Assembly: GCF_004010195.1 (NCBI RefSeq) | Contig: NC_057723.1 | Location: 22,006,474 to 22,070,473, forward strand | Direction of reading: 5' to 3' | Source of the DNA: Chiloscyllium plagiosum | Taxonomy: Eukaryota | DNA length: 64,000 nucleotides | In this document: positions 12,789 through 26,124 of the stretch, in pieces | How the letters are laid out: each line of letters opens with the position of its first letter | Position numbering within the stretch: the first letter of the stretch is position 1 | Notes under the pieces: generated by a model | What the model was told of the DNA's origin: nothing | Databases searched by the model: none | What the model saw: the letters and a program-made list of their open reading frames with translations, nothing else | Program-made: the position numbers and the translations under genes

Positions 12789-12794
12789 TTTATT
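12789..12794 (-). terminator. AATAAA polyadenylation signal, LEAP2 paralogue 2
   Basis: tttatt ~190 nt after the stop, homologous to 2287-2292. Confidence 0.6.
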
Positions 12795-12983
12795 CAAGCT
12801 TAATTTGTTGTTTGTACAAAAAATACATTAAAATTCACTTACAATCAATTGTATACAATACATTTACAGGAATACATTGGTTGGCAAATAATTTACACAG
12901 CGAGATTGGGCATAAATAATTTACATAAATACAAAATAGTTTATATTATATTTGTGATTCTTTACAAAAATCTTGTTTGAATT

Positions 12984-14706
12984 TTAGACTTCATAGACAG
13001 CCAAGCTGCAGCGCTTCTTTCTGTAAGATCAAGATAATATTTGGATTAGCATAAAGGATAGAATATAACATGTTTACATGATAATCCAATGTGGTGTTTT
13101 CTTATTTATTTAAAGCACTTTAACGATTCATTTAATTATCATAATCCCCATCACCATTAATTATAAACAGGAAGTGCTTATACAATTATTGGGTATCTGA
13201 ACTTTCATTTCTGTCTTTTGTTTTTGGTTTATTACACAGATACAGTTTATCTGAATTTTGACTGCAGTAAAAACTGCTGTTTCTTGCATGTAGTGCCTAT
13301 AAAGGGAATGATTCATGATTTTGGAGTCGACTCTAATTTCAATTCCTCTTATTTAAACAGATTGTTTGCAATATGTTGATTCCAGAAATGGATTTTCTTT
13401 GATAAATAAATAGCACACACAAGTTTAAAAATGTTAGGAATGTTCAGAAACACAATTAAGATTAATGATGATTTATATTTGATTAACTTCATTAGCCCTT
13501 TCTAGTTAGACCACAACTGAAAAACTGGCCATGGTAATCTTACATTATTTTGTCAAGGTTTTTCTTATTTACCTGCAGTATTTTGAGCTGCACTCCTCAT
13601 TGCTCCTGCAAGAGGATCCAAGGGGCCTGTAAGTGATCCATCTCCAGAGAGGAGTCATTCTCCTGGCTCTCTGAAGCACAGTTTCTACTGGCCCAATAGC
13701 AGCACAGTCAGCCTATGTGAAGAGGCACAATCATATTATTCATAATGTCACTGCAACCATCCACTAGCTTAGACAGCGCAACATCCAGTGTGCCTCATAG
13801 CAGACGTAAATCAGTTGCTGTTAACTGTTTCCAATAACTTTTTCTCTTCTGTCTTTTTGAGCACCAGCTTACATATCTTCCCGCATGCTAGTTCAAACTT
13901 CAATATTGGTAACAGCCCAGCAATATATAAGCATGTTTTGGATTGTTCGAACAATAGCTGCCACAAACACAATCTGCTGAGTAGTCATTTCATACTCAGT
14001 AGCTCAGTAGGCATTAATAATATTTTAGTAGATATTTTTCCCATAAAGTAGCTGTAAAATATTACTTGTTATCAGTCAAAAGCTACTGTATCTCTTATCT
14101 TCTCATGTATGAGTATAGACAATCAGATGTATGTGCTACAGATAAGAAAAGAATAAGTTAGGATTACTATAAATATTATAGATTTCTGAGTGAGCTTCGT
14201 TGGTCCATTATCTCCATAATAATGCAAAACAAAGCTACTGACACTCTATTTTACAAATTAAAACCTACTTCTGATTGCACTAAAATTTTGCATTGCTAAA
14301 ATGCACCATGTATTGCTTTCCTGAGTAAACATAAGAACACAACATGCAGCCAGGCTTCAGCTGTTAATAATTCCTTTACTAGCTGTGACAAGTTGCAAGA
14401 CGAGACATTCCCAGAATAACAAATCCTCTGACATTTCTGTCAGAAGGGCCTGCATCAGGTATGGTGGCTTCCGCATTGGGTACTTGTCATGTAAAATCTC
14501 TGGAAACAGAAGATATTTTGCCACTGTTGCACAGATTCTTAACTTTCTTTCAATATAATGCTGCAATAGAAAGTGTCTGTAAATATTTCACTACATAAAT
14601 TCATGATCTCCTCCAATATTGTAATTTCATACTTACATACCTGAGTGTTAAAAAGAGTTGAAGCTATGCAAATAATTGCAAAGTATTTCATAAATTGAGC
14701 ATTCAT
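12984..14706 (-). CDS. LEAP2: Liver-expressed antimicrobial peptide 2, paralogue 2; CDS complement(join(12984..13020,13573..13712,14641..14706)), 80 aa
   Basis: MNAQFMKYFAIICIASTLFNTQ|ADCAAIGPVETVLQRARR-MTPLWRWITYRPLGSSCRSNEECSSKYCR|KKRCSLAVYEV*. Exon sizes (66/140/37) are identical to paralogue 1 and the splice sites are canonical. Confidence 0.97.
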
Positions 14707-14786
14707 TTCCACAGAGTACTCTGTAATAGCTATGCACTTGGAAAAATACAACAGGGAAAACCTATCCTGCAATGCTTTGCACCCTA

Positions 14787-15030
14787 TTTTATAGGCAGCT
14801 GCTTGGCATAGACACATTCGCAATTTAGATACAGGTGATTTTACTGGCTCATGAAGCAAAGATCAAATCCATAATGCTTGTAATCTATCAGAGGCAGAAG
14901 AGCAAAAAAATTAAAAGGACTCAAGTCTGGTCAGGGCAAGAGAAAACAATATTCATGCATTTCTTGATTCTACATTGCTTAAATAACATAGAAAGGTTTA
15001 GTGTTGTTAGACTGCTCTACAAATATGTCA
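14787..15030 (-). promoter_or_regulatory. LEAP2 paralogue 2 promoter: TATAAAA (14787-14793), C/EBP-like attcgcaat (14816-14824), conserved block 14831-14870
   Basis: Position relative to the ATG and direct alignment with the paralogue 1 promoter. Confidence 0.75.
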
Positions 15031-15072
15031 GCAAAATGAACAACCCTAATCTACCATTCCTGATTATATGCA

Positions 15073-15206
15073 TGATTCGGAGATGCCGGTGTTGGACTGG
15101 GGTGTACAAAGTTAAAAATCACACAACACCAGGTTATAGTCCAACAGGTTTAATTGGAAGCACACCAGCTTTCGGAGCGATGCTCCTTCATCAGGTGATT
15201 GCGGAG
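15073..15206 (-). mobile_element. Short Penelope-like insertion with hammerhead ribozyme core, 8-bp TSD
   Basis: tatatgca at 15065-15072 and 15207-15214; minus strand reads cac-CTGATGA-a-ggagc-atc-gctcc-GAAA-gctg-gtg. Confidence 0.75.
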
Positions 15207-16749
15207 TATATGCAAAACAAAATGATCTTTCCATGTCCTGAAAATGTGGACTAAAGTACTGAGAACTTTAGAATTTCTTCATTATCCCTGATAATGACTG
15301 TTCTAATTGTTTAAAAACTCTATAATCTATAGTATTCAATCCTGATAAGTTTGCATTTTTCACTGGAGTCATTTTCATAGTCCTTCAAAGCATACCCACA
15401 CCATATGTACATTTGTTAATTTCTAGTTTCTACACAGCCGGAACCCTAGCACTTCAAGATAAATTGCAGAACTTCATAGGCAAAAAATCTTTAACATTGG
15501 GGAGAATATTTCAACACATATTTGGTTGATCACTACAGAACCATAGATGAAAAGTTATTTTATCCTTATATGTTGTTTTTTTTTCTCATGAGACTTTAAT
15601 GCTTTTGAACACAATTAATGTTATACAATAATTTCTGGTAAGCATTCGATCAATACCTTCAAATGAAACCTCTACATTACTGTTGAAATAATCATGTACA
15701 AATATGACTAGTTTCAGCCCCTTTGCATATGATCCATATATTTTGAAGCATCAAGTTAATAAGTTATGCTTCATCAGCCTGATAATCTCACAGCAAACAT
15801 CTACCCTTCATCAAATTTATTACACTAAGGAATCTATTCCAACAAAATAAAAACTTCAATAAAACAAAGCTTTCTTACCAAATAAAATTGCCCTAACCCA
15901 AAATATAATTTAAAACCTTGAGCTACCATGTCATGAATACTGAACATTAGAAGATGGTTATGCTTTGAATTATACCACTAACTCCAAATAAAGCAGGAAA
16001 TTACAGTAAAAATCTCAGTTTAAAGACATGCCAGTGTGCTACAGGGGAGTACATCAAACAGAAACCTAATAACGTGGAATGGCATTTTCACATAAAAATG
16101 GGTGGCTGCAGTTTGAGTTGTAGTGAAACCGAGGAGCTACTGCTGTGCTAAAGTAACATGTAAGTCTTTATTCTAATGACCAATGTTCTTTAGTCATTTG
16201 TCAAAAATGATCAAACCCTATTAGGATTGTAACAAGTGTTGAATTTAATTCTAATACACGATTCTAATCATAATGGTGAATGTTACCTAAATTTCAAATT
16301 TGATCCAACCCCAAACCTAAATATTGCATTAAATTAATTTTATCCAAAAGTAATCACAAACTCAAAACCTTAATGAAGAAAACTACTTGTTACATACTCA
16401 TGCAATTGCTAGCTGTGTGATTTACAGACTTCTTTGAGTTGATTCATCTCACCAACCACACTTTGGCTTCAGCTCTATGAGCCTGTTTAGGAATTGATAA
16501 TTGAATAAATATATCTGATTGCATGTGTTATGCAAACCATGATCATTTAAAAAAAGTGATATTCTCAACCCTTGTGAGTTAAATAATTTTTAAAATATGC
16601 TCAGATTTTCAGAATTGGCACAATATTTAACGAAATGCATTGAATTTCAAAACAAGTTAATGCTATCATCTAATGCGAGCATCACTGGCAAGGCCATTTG
16701 TTGTTTATCCTTAGTTGCCCTGCAGACTTGCTGATGATGGTGATCCAAT

Positions 16750-17290
16750 ACATAGAACATAGAAAAATACAGCGCAGTACAGGCCCTTTGGCCCTCGATG
16801 TTGCGCCGATCCAAGCCCACCTAACCTACACTAGCCCACTATCCTCCATATGCCTATCCAATGCCCGTTTAAATGCCCATAAAGAGGGAGAGTCCACCAC
16901 TGCTACTGGCAGGGCATTCCATGAACTCACGACTCGCTGAGTAAAGAATCTACCCCTAACATCTGTCCTATACCTACCACCCCTTAATTTAAAGCTATGT
17001 CCTCTCGTAATAGCTGACTCCATACGTGGAAAAAGGTTCTCATGGTCAACCCTATCTAAACCCTAATCATCTTGTACACCTCTATCAAGTCACTCCTAAA
17101 CCTTCTTTTCTCCAATGAAAACAGCCCCAAGTGCCTCAGCCTTTCCTCATACGATCTTCCTACCATACCAGGCAACATCCTGGTAAACCTCCTCTGCACC
17201 CGCTCCAGTGCATCCACATCCTTCCTATAGTATGGCAACCAAAACTGCACACAATACTCCAGATGCGGCCGCACCAGAGTCTTATACGTG
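16750..17290 (-). mobile_element. CR1 LINE 3' fragment
   Basis: [16 protein letters not shown] and TRGHSFKL peptides; (catagaa)n tail. Confidence 0.9.
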
Positions 17291-18529
17291 GAGCTGTTGC
17301 AGTCCATGTGTGTTGGAATGGTGGTTTCATGATTTTAACCCTGTGACAGTGAAGAAATGGGGATATCATTCCACATCAAGATGGTGTACAGTCTGTGGGG
17401 GGGGGGTGTCTCTTGCAGGTGGTGGCATTTCCATGTGTCTGTTCCCTTTGTTCCTTTAGGTGACAGATGTCAAGATTTGGAAGGTTTGGAAGGTGCTGTT
17501 AAAGGATGAATTGGTGCAATGCATCTTGCAAATAATTTACAATATTACTTCTGTGTGTTCATGGGAGACAGAGTGAAAGTTCAAATGGTGAATGGGTGCC
17601 AACTAAATGCGCAATTTCATTCTGGATGGTGCACAGAAGCATAGTAACAGGAATAAGCCATTTGACCCCTTAAGCCTGTTCTGACATTCTAGATCAGGTT
17701 GTTTATCTACCTTAATGCAATTTCCCACATTAACCCATATTCTTTGATGTCATTAGTATCTAGAAATTTATTGATCTCTGTCTTGAGCATATACAATCAC
17801 TGAACTTAAATATCCAAAGATTCATTATCCTTGCCACAGAATTTCCAACCTTAAATCCCTCTTTGTAGCTACATTATTTTGATGGCTCATCCATTTAAGT
17901 TGGCCACAGGATGTTCATTGTGCAAGATTCAGAAACCATAATGCTGTTAAACATCAAGGGGAAATGGTTAGATTCTTTCTTGTTAAAGATGTTCATGTCA
18001 GGAACTTATGAATATGAATGTAATTTGACACTTATGGTTCAAGTTTCAATTTTGTTTATGGTTTGTTGCATCATACTTGGTCTGAAAGGACCTGGTGAGT
18101 TGCAAATGGTACTGAACACTATGCAATCATTGGTGAACATTCCAATTTCTGACCAAGCTGGATGGAAGATCACACATGAAGGAACTGAGGATGATTGGGC
18201 ATATGAAATTACCACAAGAAACAAATGCTGCAATGTCCTGGGTCAGAGATAATTGGTCTCCAAAAGTCACAACTATCTTTCTTTGACCTAAGTCTGACAA
18301 AAATCTGTAAAAATCTGAATTTTCAGAAACTTCAATTTTGCTTGGGGTCTTTTATGCCACATTTGGTCAAATACTGGGTTAAAATCCTGTGGAACTGATA
18401 CACAAAATATTAAAAGTACTGCTGCTGACCATTTAGAAAGGCCTTATTAACCCCAAATCACTGGTGTTAATTTCTAGCAGCATTAAATTGAAAAGAGGGG
18501 TCATATTAAACCTAAAGTTGGTATTAGCA

Positions 18530-19215
18530 AAAACATTAGCAAATTTGCTGATGATACTAAGCTGGGTGGCAGGGTGAAATGTGATGAGGATGTTAGGAGA
18601 TTATAGGGTGACCTGGACAAGTTAGGTGAGTGGTCAGATGCAGTTTAATGTGGATAAATGTATGGTTATTCACTTTGGTGGCAAGAACAGGAAGGCAGAT
18701 TACTACCTAAATGGAATCAATTTAGGTAAATGGGCAGTACAGAGAGATCTGGGTGTTCTTGTACACCAGTCATGAAGGTAAGCATGCAGGTACAGCAGGT
18801 AGTGAAGAAGGCTAATAGCATGCTGGCCTTCATAACAAGATTGAGTATAGAAGCAAAGACGTTCTTCTGCAGCTGTACAGGGCCCTGGTGAGACCACACC
18901 TGGAGTACTGTGTGCAGTTCTGGTCTCCAAATTTGAGAAAAGACATTCTGGCTATTGAGGGAGTGCAGCGTAGGTTCACGAGGTCAATTCCTGGAATGGT
19001 GGGATTACCTTACACTGAAAGACTGGAGCAACTGGGCTTGTATACCCTTGAGTTTAGAAGACTGAGAGGGGATCTAATTGAGACATATGAGATTATGAAA
19101 GGTTTGGACACTCTGGCGGCAGGAAACATGTTTCCACTGATGGGTGAGTGCCGAACCAGAGGACACAGCTTAAAAATAAGAATGGCCTACTCCTGTATCT
19201 ATTGTCTATTGTCTA
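18530..19215 (+). mobile_element. CR1 LINE fragment
   Basis: SKFADDTKL codons at ~18540; [16 protein letters not shown] 18888..19229; (ctattgt)n tail. Confidence 0.88.
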
Positions 19216-19849
19216 AAGAGATATGGTGAGACCACCCACAGAGTGGTTATTGTTTAGAATGTGTAACTCTCTACCACATGAACGAAGTGAGATAAATAAA
19301 TGTACTTAAGAGAAAGCTATGTGATAGCAATGGCAGAGGTGAAGTTGAAAATTCTGCAGTGGATAACTCACTTCTTGACTCCACACATTCTGTTCTTCAC
19401 CTTGTGCTGGAATACCTCCCACTTGTTTCAACAATGAGTGTGATTTAACAATACTTCAGATTCTCAACACCATCAAGGACAAAGCAGCCCAGGTGATTGG
19501 CACCCATCCACCATCGTCAATAGTCACTGTGTCCACAATCAGTGCATAGTGACAGCATGTTTATATAAAACAAGATGCACTGACTCAATCTCCTTTGGCA
19601 ATATCCTCCAGCCCCATGACATCTACCATAGAGTCAGAGAGTCATACAGTATAGAAAAGACCCCCTACACCACGTCAAGCCTTTACCACCAAATATTTAC
19701 TACTACTTACGCTACTCCCATTTTCCCACTCTAGCCTATAAGCTTGAATGATATGATGCTTCAGGTGCTTACCCAAATAATTTTTTAAAGGCCATCAGAA
19801 AGTCCATCTTTCTGATTTCTGTACGAGTCCTCCTTCTCCAGAATAAAGA

Positions 19850-20650
19850 CAGACGTAAAATATTTATTTAACACTCTACCAAGGTCCTCTATCTTCATGT
19901 ATAGATCAGCCCCATGTCCCTTATTGACCCTATTCTTTCTGGGGTTATTCCCTTCCCCTTGATAGACTTGTAGGATATTTTGGGATTCTCCCTAATCTTG
20001 CCTACCAGTATTTTCTCATGCCATTTCTTTACTCTACTAATTGCTTTCTTGAGTCTGTCCTGCACTTTCTGTACTCTTCCACGGCCTCTATTGTTTTTGC
20101 TACCTTTGTACCTGTTATATCCCTCTCTTTTCATTTTTATTCAGTCCTGAATATTCCTAGAGGTCCATGGTTCTCTGGGTTTCTTGCTCCTACATTTCAC
20201 CCTAAAAGGAACATGTTGGGCCTGTGGCTCCCCCCCCGCCACCACAGTACATTTTTGAATGCCTCCAACTGTTCTGCTGTAGATTTACCCCCGAGTAGCT
20301 ATTCTCAGCCTATTTTGGCTAGCCCCTACATTATTTTAATAAAATATTCCTTACCCCAATCCAAACCCTTTTTTTGCAGACCATCTTTCTCTTTTATCAT
20401 AACAAACGTAAAACGTACAGTGTTGTGGCTGCTGTCAGTAAAATACTCCTCCACTGTCATCCCGGACATTTATCCAGCTTCATTCTTCAAAACTAAGTCC
20501 AGCCCTGTGCTGATCTTTGTAAGATTATTTACGCGTTATCATGAAAAGCTCTCCTGAACATATTTCAAGGAATTTGCCCCTCTAAAACCTTCATTCTATG
20601 ATTATCCCAATTCATATTATGGTGGTTAAAATCCCCTATCATTATTTTCC
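19850..20650 (-). mobile_element. CR1 LINE fragment (endonuclease-RT linker)
   Basis: KIRENPKISYKSIKGK resembles the CR1 IKENPKxFYxYI linker motif. Confidence 0.7.
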
Positions 20651-20659
20651 CTACCTTGC

Positions 20660-21690
20660 TGTTTGTCACCTAGATCAATGATTTGGATGAGAATGTACAA
20701 GGCATGAGGAAGGTTATCAGAAATTGCAGCAGGACCTTGATCAGCTGGGGAAGTGGGCCGAGGAATAGCAAATGGAATTTAGTATAGGTGAGTGTGAGGT
20801 CTTGCATTTTAGAAAGTCAAATCAAGGTAGGGGTTTCATAGTGAATGGTAGACCCGTGAGGAATTTAGTGGAACATAGGGATCTTGGAGTTCAGGAGCAT
20901 GGTTTTTTTGAATGGGGATTCACAGGGTGACAGGGCAGTGAAAAAGGTTTTTGACATACTTTGTCTTCATCAGTCAGGGCATTGAGTACAGAAGTTGGGA
21001 AATTATATTGAAGTTGTTCAGGACGTTGGTGAGGCCACACTTGGAGTATTGTGTTCAGTTTTGGTCACCTTGCTACTGGAGGGATGTCATTAAACTGGAA
21101 AGAGTGCCAAAGAAATTTACAAGGGTGTTGCCAAGACTCAAGGTTCTGTGTTATAGGGAGAGGTTGGACAAGCTAGGACATTTTTCTTTAGAGCGTAGGA
21201 GACTGAGGGGGGAATGTTAAAGAAGTGTACAAGATCATGAAAAGCATGCATAAGATGAATGCACTCAGTCTTTTTCGTAGGGTTGGGGAATCAAGGACTA
21301 GAAAGCCTCAATTTAAGGTTAGAGGGGAAAGAATAAAAGGGAACCTAAAGGGCAATGTTTTTACACAGAGGGTAGTACACATATGGATGGAGCTGTTAGC
21401 AGAAGTGGTTGAGGTGGGTACATTAACAATACTTAAAAGACACTTGGACAAATACATGAATAGGAAAGGTTTAGATGAATATGGTTCTGGATTAGCGGTG
21501 CTGGAAGAGCACAGCAGTTCAGGCAGCATCCAAGGAGCAGCGAAATCGACGTTTCGGGCAAAAGCCCAGCATCTGCAGTCATTGTTTTTACCTTAGATTG
21601 ATATGGGCCAAGTGCAGGGAAGTGGGGTTAGTGTGAGTGGACATTTTGGTTGGCCAAAGGACCTGTCTCCATACTGTAGTGAATTATCTG
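20660..21690 (+). mobile_element. CR1 LINE 3' fragment, interrupted at ~21486-21592 by a short Penelope-like piece
   Basis: RT C-terminal peptides in ORFs 20951..21220 and 21225..21596; insert flanked by the imperfect repeats ttagatgaatatgg / ttagattgatatgg. Confidence 0.85.
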
Positions 21691-24529
21691 TATATCTGCT
21701 TCTCGGTTGCCCACTGACAGGTTGGTTGCCTGTAGAACACTCCTGGAAGGACAATGGCAGCAAGTGCCTTGGGAGTACTACCAGCTGCAAGTTCCCCTCA
21801 AAGCCATTACACCATCCTGACTTTCTTAATTGTCATTAGGGCAAAATGCTGAAACTCCCTCTAAACAGCACAACAGCAGTTCGAGAATGCAGCTCACCAA
21901 CATTCTCTAGGGTAATTAGAGATGAGAAACAAATACCATGTTTACTAGCAAGGCTCAAGTCACATGAAAAAAAGATGAATGCATGGTGAAGAAAGAAATA
22001 GAATGTTTTACTTGTAGGTTTAGATGAAGAGTTGGGGGAGGAGGCTTATGTGAAGTGCAAACCCCTGCAGGGACCAGTTGGACCAAGTGGGCTGCTCCTT
22101 TACTGTATGTTCTATGTTTTCCCACTACAAACCTCCACAGTCACACAGAATTTTGTAAATATGTTTCTGTGGCAGCTATTAAAAGGCATGACTATTGGTC
22201 ATATTGCTTGGACGTGTCTAGCCTCCTTATCAAATTTGGCATTTACCCTGTCACCAGGATCAGATGAGAAACAGCCCTCACCGTCTTGTTGGAGCTCCAA
22301 CGTGTAGCACAATACCACACGCTCCATGTTGCCACATGCTAATAACAACATTTGTATGAGTCATGGACTTTAATATCTTCCACTACCTTTGCCCGATCAT
22401 CTATTAATTCATGTTTATCACACTAAATCTTATTCAGAGACATCACTTTAGGACTTTTGTCCTCTGATAGCCACTGGAAAGAACTTTGATTGTTAACACT
22501 ATATTGTGCTGATTGGCTTAATGTTCTATTCTTTTACTTTGTCTTTTCATTCATTAATGTATTGCAACTTTTGCTTCAGTCTTCCTGTTATTGCATCATC
22601 AGTTTCATTTTCTATTAATTCACCACTTTGTTGAATTATTTTCCTTGCATTAGATTCCCCTTCCCTATGTCAAACTCCAACCAAGATAAACACATAGACT
22701 GCTTGCTGATTTGTCATTCCCAGTGATACAGCTAGTCGGATGAGATGTGCAAACTCCATTCCCGATGTGGAAGAGCTGAGTCAGTATTTTTAACCTCTCA
22801 AAACCATTGAAACGGGTAGTTGGAAATTTTAATCCATTCAAATCCAACCAGTGGCTATTATGATCTAACTAATGTTGCCATGCTTCATCCATTCAAATTC
22901 TTGGTTTTAACAAACTCCTTATTTTTCTTCTAAACATTGCAAGATAATAATGGGCAAGTTGGCCTCTTCTGGAACTGTGGTAGGGACCCTACCTATGAGT
23001 CAGGAGGCATGGATTCAAGTTCCAATTGTTCCAGAAGTGTGTAATAACATTCTCTGAACAAGTTGATTAGAAAACATTTAAAAATCTGCAATTGCTTGTA
23101 ATCTGTCAATGAGAAAAAAAAAGGTAAGTTCTTTGTTTTATACACTCCTGGGATATGGGCATCACTGGCTGGCCAGGATTTATGCCTGTCCCTAGTTGCC
23201 ATTGAGAAAGTAGTGGTGAGCTGCCTTCTTGAACCACTACAATCCATGTTTCTGTGTGAGAAAATACTTAGCTTCTTCCTACAATGGTAGAACTGAGATT
23301 AACCCATTTGCAAATTTGGACCTCCCTAATCTGAAAGCTCAATTATGCCTCACCATTTGGTTCATTAATTCAGAGCTTCCCAAAGTAGGTTTTGGGAGCT
23401 GAAATTTCGGTTTTGCAAGTTCCATGGTAGCAATTGTCAAACACCCATCCCTTTCTCCCATAGTTCTTTGCCTCTCCCTGTGACAATTTACAAGCCTCAA
23501 TAGTATGAAAATGTTTGGAAAGCATTGATTTACCTGGCAAGTCACTTTAAAGATGTATTATGAATTACACCATTAACAAGTTCTGCTTAGAACACATGCT
23601 TATGCTTTAAAGTTCAAATGTTCTGGATTACCTCTTGAACCTAATTTGCACAAGCAACCCAACAAAAACATGTTTTGCAGAACTGATCAATAACAATACG
23701 CGTGAACTCAAATTCTTAAATTGCACATTAAAATAAAATTACAGACCAGAATTTCTAAGCGATGCAAAGCATCTCAGCTATTTAAAATGAACAACTATCT
23801 AATAGTTAGATATCACATTCTGAATCAAATTCAACTAGTTATTTCGGATATGAAACATGTGAATGGATGTGGAAAGGGTGTAGAGTATTTCAGTTCTGAA
23901 ACAGTAGCATTATACAATCCTCATACTCCAAGCCAGCAAAATTAGGATTAGATTTCCAGCAATCAAAAAGAAATAAATTTGCTTTTCTTCCCACTCACAG
24001 AAAGTCCAATTTTACCTACATTGAAGCAGATTTTTTTGTTTTAAACCTACATGTGATCCTAGTGAACTGAAGTGAGAGGACAGGCAATCTGTTAGCGTAT
24101 CAGTCACTACATGGAATTCAAAGCATAAATATGAGCAGACCAGGTGGCTAAGAGTTGAATGATAATAACACGAGTAAAACAAATATGGTGGAGAAATTAA
24201 TGGGCCTGAAGATTAATGAATCCCCAGGACCTATTGGTCTATATCTCAAGGTGTTGAAAGGAATGGTGATAGTCAATCGATTAGTGATTATCTTCAACAA
24301 TTCTACAGATTTTGGATAATCGAGAAGATTGGAAGATAGCAAATTTCACACTACTATTAAAGGTAGTGAGAGAGAAAACAGGAACTACAGACCTATTAGC
24401 CTTACATCATTGGAGGGAAAATTCTGGAATTTATTATAAAGGATTGGATTAGTAAACACCTGGTTAATAATGATCTAATGGGCAAAGTCAGAATATTTAC
24501 AAATGGGAAGTTGTGTTTGAGAAACTTAA

Positions 24530-26124
24530 GAGTCATAGAGATGTACAGCACAGAACAAACCTTTGGTCTAACTTGTCCATACCGACCAGATATGCCAACT
24601 TAATCTAGTCTCATTTGCCAGCATTTGGCCCATATCCCTCTAAACCCTTCCTATTCATATACCCATCCAGATGCCTTTTAAATGTCATAATTGTACTAGC
24701 CTCCACAAACTCGTCTGGCAGCTCATTCCATCCACAGACCACCCTCTGCATGGGAAAGGTGCACCTTAGATCCCTTGTAAATCTTTCCTCTCTCATCTTA
24801 AACCTATGCCCTCTGGTTTTGGACTACCCCCTAACCTGGGGAAAAGACCCTATCCAAGCCCGTCATGATTTTATAAACCTCTATAATTTCAACCCTCTGC
24901 CTTCGAGACCACAGGGAAAATAACACTAGCCTATTCAGCCTCTCCCTATATCTCAAATACTCCAACCCTGGCAACATCCTTGTAAATCTTTTCTGCATGC
25001 TTTCAACTTTCCCTATATTGTGGAGACCAAAATTGAATACAGTTTTTCAAAAGTGGCCTATCAATGTCCTGTACAGTCGCAACATAACCTCCTGACTCTT
25101 ATATTTGATGCACTTACCAATTTGATCCACTTGCCTTCTTTACTAACCTGTCTACTTGTGACTCCACTTTCAAATATGTATGAACTTGCACCCCAAGGTC
25201 TCTTTGATTGGCAACTCTCCCTAGGTCCTTACCATCAAGCGTATAAGTCCTGCCCTGATTTGCCTTAGCAAAATGCAGTACCTCACATTTATCTAAACTA
25301 AATTCCATCAGTCACATCTTGGCCCATTGGCTCAGCTGATTAAGGTCCCATTGTACTCTGATCTAACCCTCTTCGCTGTCCACTACACCACCAATTTTGG
25401 TGTCAATTGCAAACTTACTAACCATACGTCCTTTATTTAATCCAAATCATTTATATAAATTACAAAAAGCAGTGGACCCAGCACCATTCCTTGTGGCACA
25501 CTGCCAGTCATAGGCCTCCAGTCTGAGAAGAAACCCTCCACCACCACTACTCTGTCTCCTACCTTTCAGCTAATTTGTATCCAAATGACTAGCTGTCCCT
25601 GTATTCAAGTGATCTACCATTGCTAACCAATCTATCATGCAGGACTTTGTCAAAAGCCTTGCTGGAGTCCATATAGACAACATCCAGTGCTCTGCCTTCA
25701 TCAATCTTATTCATCACTTCTTCAAAAAACTCAGTCAAGTTAGTGAGATGTGATATCCCATGCAAAAAGCCATGTTGACTATCCCTAATCAATTCTTGCC
25801 TTTCCAAATACACATAGATCCAATCCCTGATAATCCCCTTCAACAACTTATCCACCACTGACATCAGGCTCAACGGTGTTTAGTTCTCTGTTTTTTTCTT
25901 ACCATCTTTCTTAAATAATGGTACCACATTAGCTAAGGTCCAGTCTTCCAGCACCTCATGTGTGGCTATCAATGATAGAACTATCTCAGTAAGGGGTCAG
26001 CAATAGCTTCCCACAAACTTCTGGAGTATTTGATCAGGTCCCAGAGGTTTAACCAGCTTTATGCCTGTTAAGACATCCAGCATCTCCTCCTCTCTAATAT
26101 GCTCACTTTTCAAGATATCACTAT
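24530..26124 (-). mobile_element. CR1 LINE (RT to 3' end); continues at 28770-29100
   Basis: RDSQHGFLHGISHLTNLTEFFEEV...DVVYMDSSKAFDKV and [13 protein letters not shown] peptides. Confidence 0.9.

Noticed and set aside
13767-14040. ~270-bp segment unique to intron 1 of LEAP2 paralogue 2
   Set aside because: No TSD, terminal repeats or convincing exon; only noted as bounding the conversion tract.
15360-15380. MKMTPV and similar MTP-like starts (also MTPLF at ~18490-18504) as a possible third LEAP2
   Set aside because: No WR, no cysteine pattern, no splice sites.
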